Positions 1 through 10,917 of a DNA stretch of 64,000 nt are shown here, piece by piece. The notes below the pieces were generated by a model that had not been told where the DNA came from, made no database searches, and was given only the letters and a program-made list of their open reading frames with translations. The stretch lies in contig CM120648.1 in the NCBI GenBank assembly GCA_051362555.1, positions 18,658,587-18,722,586 on the forward strand, read 5' to 3'. Position 1 is the stretch's first letter. Every line of letters begins with the position of its first letter. Source of the stretch: Lingula anatina (Eukaryota > Animalia > Brachiopoda). The translations under genes were made by a program, and so were the position numbers.

Positions 1-1118
1 GCTCATGTACATGTTGCATTGCATCATTAAAAGTATGGAAATATTTTTCATGTCAGTGTTATCAACCAAAAGGAAAGGGACCCTGATAATCTGTCACTGA
101 ATTGTGCAACAATGTTTTGCATTTTATGTTTACTTTTATCCATACAAAATGTGCATTTTCCTATATTTTCAATCAAATAAATATCAATTCATGAACTGAC
201 TTGTTGTTATGTTACACTGAATGTCATAAGTTTGAAAAATACATTGCTTCTGTGAAGGTCTGGACTAATAATAAAATGCTAACAATGTTGCTACTGTGAA
301 TGGTTGAATTCATGGTAAAATATTGAACTCTCAAACAACAGTCATGTTACAAATACTTCCTAATGAACCAAAATGAAGCACAAGAATGCTGAAATAATTT
401 CTGACAGCTTCATATAATGTACAGTTAAATCATATCTGACAGCAATATTTCTTGTCACAACCCTGCATACTGTCTTCTTTGAGTCCATAAGGGTTGATCC
501 CGATGGTCAGCTCAAATTTCTCCTTATATCTATCCTTTATGCAAAAAGTTGCTTCTATGAAAGGTTGAACTTATGATTACACAGTAAACTCTCTAAAACT
601 ACAACTGTTATTACCCAATGAACAAGAAAAATAAAGTACAAGATAACTGAACTAGCTTTTGACAATTCCACGATGTTGGGATACAGGGGTAGGTCAGGTA
701 GGTATCAAGTCTTTGGACTGTCTTGAGTTTATATGGGTCGATCACGCTGATCAGCTGAAGTTTTCACATGTATATACTATTTTCCTTTTGGTGTACTTGA
801 TCACGATATGAAGATTATTTCATTTTATTTGGTTCACCTATATTTACGCTACTATTCCCCGTCGTTCTTTCCCTCCAGAATGGCCGCTGGACGAGTGTTA
901 CGGAGCAAATATGACGTCACTGTAATGGGTTAATTGAGGAGGAAACGCATCAGCGACATCATAACAGACAGTCGTACTGTACATATCAGTTGGATTACAC
1001 CTTTTCATAGATAGCTATGAACGTCAATTGAAGTCCGTTGTTTGCTTGCCTGTTTTCTGTTTCAATTTGACTAATATTTGTTGCAACTTTTCAGTTTTAC
1101 CAATTTCATACCTTTTAG

Positions 1119-2671
1119 ATTGAAAGAATTGTTGAGTCGGATGACGATACAAGCAGTCCGAGCAGCCCAGAACAAGAAGAACCTTCCAGGTAAGGATCTC
1201 CATTTTACTGTCAAATGTGATCAGTAGCCATCATTTTTACGCGTCATGTAGGCCCTAGCGTAACCTTACCTAGTATGCCATATATTTATAAATGACTTAG
1301 ACCTTAGTGCTTCTTAATCTTACTTTAACTGAAGACAAGCATGTTATTACTTCAATAGCATTTATTTATTTCCTTTCTTTCTTTCTTTTTAATTGTAAAG
1401 CAGTACCAGTTCAGGTGGTGTCAGCCAAAGAAAGCCAGAAAGACGAGAAGGAAGATCAGGGAGACCACCAACAAGATTAAGGGGGGTTGGTCGTGGTGCA
1501 GGCAGCAGAGCAGAGCCAGTGGCAGGTTCAAGCACCAGTGGTTTGAGGCAGGGAAGAGGCAGGAGATCAGGAGTAAGGGGCAGGACATCAGGAGGAAGAG
1601 GCAAGACATCAAGAGGAAGAGGCAGGAGATCAGGAGGAAGAGGAAGGGAATTTCGGTTGACTGAGGAACAAGAAGAAAGAATAAGAGATCTCCGAGAGGC
1701 CAGGCACAAAGAACTAGAGGTATGAATTATGTTGAAATCTACATTGGATATAAGAATTTTAGGTGTTGCCATATAACCATACACAGCTGCCATTGATATA
1801 TCCCTTTCTTTAGTGTTTAGTATTTATATATGTCTTTTTTTCCAAAAACTACTCTAATTATCTAATATCACTAGAAATGTCAGACCAAAAAGGCTAATAT
1901 TGACTTTTTATAAATTGACAGAGCATGTGTGATGGTGTGGACAAGGAGGCCCTAAAAGGTATAGTGGTGAAAGTGTGTGACCGGAATCCTGCCCTGGCAC
2001 TGGACATAAAGAAGATTTTGCAGGAAAACCTACCTGGTGGCAGTGACCCAGAACCTTTACCTCCACAGCCTGATTCACCAGATTGGTGCATGTGTGGTGC
2101 ATGTGTAGAAATGCCCACTGAAGCAGAGAGGCTGTGTTGTCAAAAGCCTCCTGCTGAGTGTAAAAGCAGAGACCCTGTAAGTGGCTAAGAATGTTTAAAA
2201 TGCAGGTGTAATGTTTACAATTTTTAAGAAGAAATGTTTCATTCGACATTTATTTGTAATATCTTCCTCATGTTGTATAATGACAAATTAAAATCAATTA
2301 AAAATGCAGTTATGATTAACATGTTTCTTTCTTACAATCATGAACTTAGTTTTTTTTTTTTTATTATTTTTTTGTTATTATTTTATTTGCAGGTAATGGA
2401 ATTAAATGTAACAGACGAATTTCATCTTGGGATTATGCGAGTAGCAAGGGGGGACATCCTGGGCTTCCAAAATGAAGATAGGCAGCCAGGAGAAGAGGAC
2501 AATGCTGCCATGCGGCACAATGCCTATCGTAGTTTCATAATGTGGCAATATAACAGGCTTACTCCTGGTGACCGCAGAGTAATTCCGTCCTGTTGTGTTT
2601 GGTTCATTAGGAATAAGTTCCCCTCTCCCACAGGTCAGTATAGGGGATTTGATCCAGGGCGTATAGTTTAG
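1119..2671 (+). CDS. Kolobok accessory (KolX-like) protein with an RG-rich N-terminus and a P2X7 C-terminal ballast/nanor-like Zn-Cys domain; spliced, start codon uncertain
   Basis: Phase-compatible exons ~1119-1189, ~1401-1719, ~1922-2176 and ~2393-2671 with AG/GT ends. Motifs WCMCGAC..MPTEAERLCC and MRHNAYRSFIMW..RRVIPSCCVWFIRNKFPSPTGQYRGF closely resemble the vertebrate P2RX7 C-terminus (RHCAYR..LPSCCRWRIRKEFP..GQYSGF). No channel domain is present. Confidence 0.85.
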
Positions 2672-3778
2672 AAGAGCAATGGACAGGGGATGGGAATGGG
2701 CCATCTCCCACTCATCCATTGGTGACTTGCTGCAGCAGTAAGGGGATGGGAATGGGCCATCTCCCACTCACCTGCTGTGTATGTCCACTGCATTTGTCTG
2801 CTAATAAGTTCAATAGATTTTTTATGATTAAAGAACAACAATTGTCACCAGGAGTTAGTCTGTTTACATGTCATTCTTTTCAAACATATAGTTTATTTTC
2901 TACATCATGTGTTATCAAACTCTCTGTGGATATCTGAGATTCAAATCTGGTTATCATTTCCTTATTGGTTTTAGTGTAGAAATTTGTATTTCAAGATGTC
3001 TTAGAAGATAAGATTGTGTACTTGTTGCACTTTTACTAGAAGTCATGCATTAATTGATATATAGTTATCAGTTTATCATGTGCGCCATTTTAAATCTGTT
3101 GTTGATTTAAGATATACTCATCATTCTTGTAATTTTGATTACATAAAAATGTCAGTGTCTAATCTTTTAAATGTTAAAAGTTTGTTTTTTGGTATGTGAC
3201 TCCATGTGTATATAACTTCATATTTTAAAAATGCCTTTCATGGCTTAGTATAGATAATTATTTATTTATAGTATAGATATTTATTACTTATTCAACATCA
3301 TCTTTCAAGATAAGTTTGTGTTGAGATATTGTATAAAAGAAACACATCAATTAATATAATGTTATCAGATTACCAAGAGGCCTGTTTTAAATCTGTTTAA
3401 ACAGTAAAGTAGAGATTATTATCATTTTTATTTATCAGTGTAATCAATGTTGGTTTATGATTAGGGAAGTAAGAAAAACAGCTATGGTAAAGTTACATTT
3501 ATTTTCTACATTTAAAACATTAAACTGTATGAAGTCTGCTCATACTTGTAACTGTTATCAATAATTGTCAAAAGCAAGATCTTGCAATGAATGAACATGC
3601 ATGCTGGCATTAAACTATTTTATCTAATTTATATGTTCATAAAGTGAGCATCTCTTGTAAATAATGGAGATTTACAGTGCTTATTCTTTTCTGCAGATCA
3701 CATTACTGAACATGAACTATATTCAATGTAATAACTGTATTCACTGCTGAGACTGATAAAAAAAAAATGTCACAAAAT

Positions 3779-6700
3779 TTACTTAAATCTGGACTTTCTG
3801 TCTCTGACTAGAACATCTTTGGGGGGTGCAGGGACTGGGGCTGTATTTGGCCCAAGGTTCCTTGGGTCCCATGGTTCCAACAGCACCCTAGCTGCTAAAG
3901 GCCGTGCACTTGTCATTCTCATGTCAAATGCCAGAGTTTGTAAGATGTGGATGTAGTCATAAGTCTTTCTAATGGCTTGAGGTTTCACTATCCATGATTT
4001 GGCATGTTTGCTGTAACACTTAGTATACCTGAAATAAAACAGTGGCAAGACTTTAATTCGTTTTCAAGAAAATGACTTTGCATGTAATAACCTTTAAAAT
4101 ATGAGTTTACAAGTGAAAATAACCATAGTAACAAGTTTTCTTTGGCACATAGACTTTAAAAACGGAATTATATATTAATTTTTGCTGTTTACCTTATTTC
4201 ACCGGATTCCAAGTCAACTGCAGCTCCTCTATCTTTATGGTTCTGATAATCCATGACTGCCAAGTAATTACGTGCCCTGTATCCAGGTGGCTTGTAGGAA
4301 TTTCTTTTTGAGCAATACATTAGAATGTGAGAGTTAATACTCTCAATGTGTCCCGTGTGTCTAAAAAAAAGAAAAACAAAAAAATTGAACATCCAGTTAT
4401 TTGTAATAAGCGGTGTTATTTATTGGTTTCTATCAATGGAGTCATATTTGGCATTGAAATAATACCCTTGCCTTGAATTGAAATAAAAAACTTTGCAATC
4501 AATTACAAATACCAACAAAAATAATTAACACCATTGTTAATTTTTGTTCTTTTCCACACCTGTTATTGACATAGTGTCCAATGTCCTTTTGGAATCTTTT
4601 GTTAAGTAGAATCTGCCCCAATGCAGCCAGTCCCTGTGAAGATGGTTCCAACCACTTCTTCATTCTCTCTTCATCAGGCGGTAGGGGGTTGTGTTCACAC
4701 TTGGCTGTCCAAAAACCATCACCTGATAACCATTCGTGCTCATTTTGCACATGGTGCATTGCACCTCTCCACTTTGACTAAATAAAAAATCAGAATTCAT
4801 TTAGTAAACAAGAAATGTGAAAAATTAAAAATGTCTATATAGGCAGTTCAAAAGAAACAATGAACATTTCTTGTCAATGATGTTAAAGGCAGGATCAAAC
4901 TCACCAGGAACTTTCCATGACTTCCCTCACAAGTCCTAGCACATTCCCAAAAATGGGTGCATAAGTCCTTGCTCCATGGGATAATATCGCGCGTAGCCTT
5001 TTTCTGTCCTGCCTGTGATTGTAAATAAGATGTCATTTTAAACATGGAAATATACCAATATGCAGCATTCAATGTTTTGTACAAGTATTTTATGTTTATA
5101 TTTTTAACAATGTTTTGGTTTATTTGTGAAAATAACTACCTGCCAGATAAGAATTATTTTCAGGAATTAATCAGCATCAAAATAACACATTCGTAAATTA
5201 AAATTCTATGGGTCACTGTTGGTCTTTATACAATTTGATCAAAATAAATAAATTTCAAAACTTACCGCAATAATTTTCTTTGCTAAGTTTTTGGTACCAT
5301 GCCACACATCCCAAGAATGTTTCATGCCAGGCTCGTTTTTCCCTAAAATTTCAGATATAAAAAATTATCATGTCACAACAGTGGCATTTTGTGTAAGGGG
5401 AAATCAAACTTGCTCTTTATTGTTAATTTGAACTTGGACAACAATTGAGGTTGCATTACTTGTTTGTCAATGTCATCACATAAAGATATGTTTGAACTTA
5501 CTTATATGTGCAGCAATGCTAACATGAGCATCCGTGACAATCTCCACTACATTGATACCCCTCTCTCTAAGGAACCTGAGTGACCTCAGCAAGCCCTCTT
5601 TCTCCATGGCATTGCTATTTAGTTGGGTTTCTTTCTTCTCTACAACTTGAATGTCCAGGACATCCCCTGTCTCATAATTTGTGACTACATAAGTACAGTA
5701 CTGGGCACTGTGTCCTGGACTATCCATCCTTCCATCACCTGAAAATATATACAGTTTTCCATCAAAAATCCATAACACTCATTTGAGGCAAAATATTTAT
5801 TTGTTATAAATACTTGAGACACTATTTTACCAATTTCTCTTGTCTTATTTTAATTGTTAAGTAATACATCAGAGATATCTTCATACCAGCAATAATCACT
5901 TCCTTATTTTGGCAAGAGGCAAGGATCTCATCTTGCATTTGTCGAAAATGGTGTTCTACAGCAGGTATGCCATAATCCCTCTGTATAGCATAATAGGTCT
6001 TCTCACTAACAAATCCACTGTTCATCCACTGGGACATAAACCGAACTTTCCTGTAATTGTTCCCACTAAACAGAAGACTAGTGGACCAGAAAAAATCCCC
6101 AGCCAACATGCCTAGGTTCAACTTGGGTTGAGAGCACCACTGACCACCTTCATGGCCATCTGGGCATGACTGAAAAAAAAAAAAGAAATATATTTCAATT
6201 TCTTATCAAGATATGCAAATGCCCACCTGAAAATTAATTATAAAAAATGTGTTAAAATTGTTTACATTTTGATCATATGAAAAAATGCTGTACATTAATG
6301 TTTCAAATGTGCATCTTAATGTGGTGTGTAAACATATTACAAAATTACATTAGTGTAATACATTTGACCGGTTTTCTGCATGAAAATATGATATATAAAA
6401 GAGAAGATTTTAGAAAAACTGTATTAATAATAATGGACATAAGCAGTGTATGTGTGACAAGATTATAGGCCCACTGTTTGAGGATACCAGCACATAGTCA
6501 TTGATAATAATCTTATTACATCTCACGTTTAATAAAAAATAAAACCTATATCCTACTTAGGGTAATGAGAGACTAAAACCTGTGATACTTCATTTAAATT
6601 CCTGAATGTTCTTTAAAATTATTACTTAATGGTAGAAGACTTGGTACAATTTACTAACCCCGTATTACAATGTAGTCACAAAGGTCTTTTACCTGAAATA

Positions 6701-9700
6701 GTGCCTTAATTTTATATTTATTAATTAAATATCCAGTGAGAGCAAGGGAGACCACCCCTCACCTCTGCAGCTTCAATATAGCTTGTAACTCAGTTGAACT
6801 CCCCGTATCAGAAAGACAGAGCACCATCGTAAATAATATCAGAAATACATTTATAAAGATTAACCCAAGAAATATTTTGGTTATAATCATAGATATTCTG
6901 AAATAAAGTGAAAAGGACAATGTAACCTACCCACTTCACATATGTTCCTGTGCCAGACTTCTGAAAGGACACCACATACTTTTTGCTGCAAGGGCAAGGT
7001 GGCAACAACTCTTCCAATAGCAGTCTAATAGATGATTCATAAGTCAGAAAACAACTTTGCCCCACAATTTCTTCAGCTGATGTCACTTTACTGAACAGCT
7101 TGCTGCCATCAGGAATAGGGCCTATCTCTACTTCCTCATCTCCAGGTAAAATATCATCATCTCCACACTAGTGGGCCTGATTTGATCTTAAAGTGCAATT
7201 TCAGTCTAACACTAGACTGAACCGGCCTTAAAAATTAAGGAAGGACTCTTAATTTAGTCTTAAGACTAAAAACAAACTTAAACTGCAGTGAGTAAGACTA
7301 TAATTGGTCTAAATTCAACTGAAGTGGCAAAGCAATTATCTCCCCACACACATTCAGACCAGACTTGGACTTACTATCTAGCCAGACAGGTGAAGATAGC
7401 AATCAAGTAGAGGGCCATTGTGTGAGTAGCAAAGGGTGGTCTCTTGGCAAGTAAGTGCTAATTGCCTAATTGATAAGGGTGATTCATATACTGTCTCAGA
7501 TAATTTCTAAAGCAAGGAAAGATTTGGTTGTGGAAGTACTAGTGCAGCATACTTTTAATGTTTTGACATAAGAGCTTAGGAATATAGTTTTGAAAGCATT
7601 AACAAACAAGGTACATTTATTTTAAAATTAGACATGACCTTTTATTTGTCACAAACAATTGAAAAGTCACTTCAATCTAACATAAAAATGTACAGTTTTA
7701 TTTAAAACCACATTATACCACAGGAATTTTATGTTAGAATTTGATATGCAAAACAATATACATGTATTTCTTGATTTTTGCCTCTGAAGGAAGTTTTTCT
7801 CTCTTTTTTCTTTCTTTGATTTTTCTGATCAAAACACATTTTATCAAACATTTATAAACCAAATAAAATCACCATCTATAGCTGTTACAAGGGGTTTGCT
7901 AATATCACTGAGTGGTACCATTTTGTTTCCCTGGAATTTATTTTTTGAAAAAAAGAAATCCAGTTCTTTCTGAGGTGGGAAAAAATATCTAACAAGACCC
8001 ACACTGTTTCACAATGCCTGTATAAGTCTGACAGCCTTCCAAAGTGAATTACTCCTCCTCTGCTGTAGCTATGTACAGTTGGAGTTCTTGTGTAAATACT
8101 AAATGTCAAAACCTTTTAATAAAGAAAAATTGTGAAAATGTATGCTACATTTCCCCTGCTTTAGAAATTATCTGAGATAGTATCTGATTCACCCTTTAGA
8201 TATAAATCAAAATCAAAGAAAGAGAAAAGAAAGAAAGAAAGGAAGACTTCCTTCAAAACAACATTAAAAGTATGCTGCACTAGTACTTCCATAACCAAAT
8301 CTTTCCTTGCTTTAGAAATTATCTGAGACAGTATCTGAATCACCCTTATCAATTAGGCAATTAGCACTTACTTGCCAAGAGACCACCCTTTGCTACTCAC
8401 ACAATGGCCTTCTACTTGATTGTTATCTTCACCTGTCTGGCTGGAGAGTAAGTCCAAGTTTGGTCTGAATGTGTGTGGGGAGATAATTGCTTTGCCACTT
8501 CAGTTGAATTTAGACCAATTATAGTCTTACTCACTGCAGTTTAAGTTTGTTTTTAGTCTTAAGACTAAATTAAGAGTCCCTCCTTAATTTTTAAGACCGG
8601 TTCAGTCTAGTGTTAGACTGAAATTGCACTTTAAGATCAAATCAGGCCCACTAGTGCCAGTGACTGTTGGCAGTTTCATCACCTCTTCAATATTGTTGTG
8701 TCTGGAATAAATATATACGTTTTATTTATTTTTTTTAAATACCTTTGTCACAAAATAGTATATATAGTAATTTCAAGTCTATTAATGGGAATTCATGTAC
8801 ATTTGCACATTGCATGTGTAATAACTTTGGAATTTTGATATGAAACTAATGAAATATCTCCACACATCCCCCCCCCCCCCCAAAAAAAAAAAAAAAAGGT
8901 ATTAAGTTAAAAATTATAATTATATCAAAACATATAGAGGAGATTGTAAAAAAAATATACGCACTGGAAAGATATGTCAGCTTTGTAATTTGGATAGGTA
9001 TCATCATCATTATCCTCATTATATTCATCTTCAATTTCTTCATATGTGAGATTAACACTGAAATGAAAAGAAAGTCCAGTTGGCAATGAGGATGTAACTA
9101 TACTACATATGTATTAAATGACAGGTGGAGTCATACCAGATTTCATAATACTTGACAAATACAAAAGTTAATGAAATAAACTATTTTTTCACAGTTATAA
9201 CTAAAAAGGAGGTAAACATACCTCATATCATTGGGATCAAACATGGAAACTTTGCTTTCCCTTGCAGCTGCTTCTGGTCCACTACCAGCACTTTCTACAC
9301 CTGACATGGGTGCACTGAATAAAGGAAATAAAAAAAAAAAATTAATATTTTTAGTAAAACACTTCACGTGCTATTGGATATAGCTCAAACTAACTGGTGG
9401 TATAAGTCCCATGGCAAAACAGCCATCGGACTTATAAAACTTGTAAAATAGTATCATATTAAAGGCTCCATTACCCATGGATGTCATCAGTCTTCACTGA
9501 TCATTGTAACTCAATATGTACTCTTCCTGAATACAGTTTCAGAAAAGCTGGTGATTATATGAGTATGTTGGAAACAAAAAGTGACAGTCATTCAGATTGC
9601 ACCAGAGAGAGTTCTTACAGAGGTGGCTCCATCTACACAGACCAATGGTATCTATGACAATGGGGTCAAATAATAACATGCATTACACTTGTTTCTATTG

Positions 9701-10608
9701 CAAGGTTTATAATGGATGGTGAAATAAACAGCTATTACAGGACTGGCAAGATTTTTTGTGAAAGCATGCGCTCTGGATAAGTAAAGTTTATGTGAAAAAA
9801 ATAAATTACAAGTAAAACATAGTCTAATGGAAATCAATTACTTAGTTCAGACCAGTATCAGATTGGGAGGACATGAAGATTTCTAATAATGCAGGTCCTC
9901 CAGACCGTCAGAGCCTAAAAATTTATCCTGATGGCTGTTAAGTTATCAAACACTTACTCTGACTCTGATTTTGACTCAATGTCACTCAACTGTATTGGGG
10001 GCAGTGGTTTTGAGCTGGCTGTGGGGGTACTGGTAGGCCTACTGGTAGATGTCCGCTGTGCATAATACCTGCAGGGTTTTAAAAAATTACCATGACGGCG
10101 TGAGTCATTATATCCCGGCATTAAACAATTCAAAACGTTTATGGCGAATAAAATTTAAATCATGGATGTTTACCTCGCTTACATACTCCAAAATTAATGT
10201 GCACACAATCTAAGATTGTAGGCTACTTGTAGTGGGGAGATAGAGTCAAGTAGGACATTACGTAAGAAAGTGAGAATCTAGCCGTTTTGATACAAACCTG
10301 CCCACACTTCTTCCCTAAATAAATATACTCAAAACATTCTACGTGCGACGCGGGTGCTCTGCCTAAAATGTATCGTGACATTTTCTACAATTCATTTGAG
10401 ATCGTACTAACCTGTCCAACAGAATTTTCGCAAGTCGCTCGTGTGTTAGTTTTAGTTCATTTTTTAGCTCAGTCCATCTAGTTGATTGGCTTCCCAGTGA
10501 GATCAACGTTCTCTGCTTTTCCCTTTCTCTTTTTCTCTCTTTTTTCACTGGCGTGGGGAGTTTTTTCCTCCCTCTTTTCAATCCACGTGTAGTCGGAGTA
10601 CCCTCCAT
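3779..10608 (-). pseudogene. Kolobok-type DDE transposase, 12 exons, disrupted by a CACTA insertion in exon 5
   Basis: Hand-spliced, phase-consistent exons: 10608-10412, 10068-~9958, 9315-9222, ~9057-8965, 8701-6931 (minus the insertion), 6169-5887, 5738-5502, 5342-5266, 5012-4905, 4777-4560, 4360-4193 and 4028-3779. Motifs are CPDGH..WCSQP, GDGRMDSPGHSAQYCTY (D1), IVTDAH (D2), WDVWH and HTGHIESINS..Y.SKR (E). Confidence 0.85.
7166..8656. mobile_element. Non-autonomous CACTA (EnSpm) element with ~400-bp terminal inverted repeats
   Basis: Starts CACTAGTGGGCCTGAT and ends ATCAGGCCCACTAGTG. Arms ~7166-7562 and ~8260-8656 are inverted with few mismatches. 3-bp TSD CCA at 7163-7165 and 8657-8659. 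Confidence 0.9.
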
Positions 10609-10917
10609 ATTGGATTACATTAACATCCGGGTCTTCGTCATACCGTAGTAAAAGTGCTAGTAGTATTCAGTCATATGCAAATTGAGGCACGTCCCAGAAT
10701 TCCACGCGTAGGGGAGTAATGGCGAGAAGTTTAGACGAAAAAAAAAATGCTGCGCTTTTTTTCTTTAAGTGATCTTAAAAACCTATACCTTGACCTTTAT
10801 TTTCTCAACGGTTCCGTGTGAGACATGCTTCAGGGTTCAGGATCAAATAGGTAAAGTTTCAGAGAAAGGCCTATTTAAGCGTCTACAGCGGAAAGACATC
10901 CTTTAATGTTTATATAC

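Larger units (their letters stand above)
1..10902. mobile_element. Kolobok-type DNA transposon; right end visible, left end outside the window
   Basis: Contains a DDE transposase with a GDGRMDSPGHSAQY motif and a convergent P2X7-ballast-like gene. Ends in ...GACATCCT|TTAA (CCT 10900-10902, TTAA 10903-10906), the Kolobok AGG..CCT/TTAA pattern. No matching left TIR is found in the window. Confidence 0.75.

Noticed and set aside
1389-1793. Pro/Leu-rich minus-strand ORF
   Set aside because: It is the antisense shadow of the RG-rich exon.
1119-2671. A true P2X7 receptor gene
   Set aside because: There is no transmembrane or ectodomain sequence; only the ballast-like domain is present, inside a transposon.
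9470-9920. Extra candidate transposase exons
   Set aside because: The frames I tried hit stops, and the exons on either side already join in phase.
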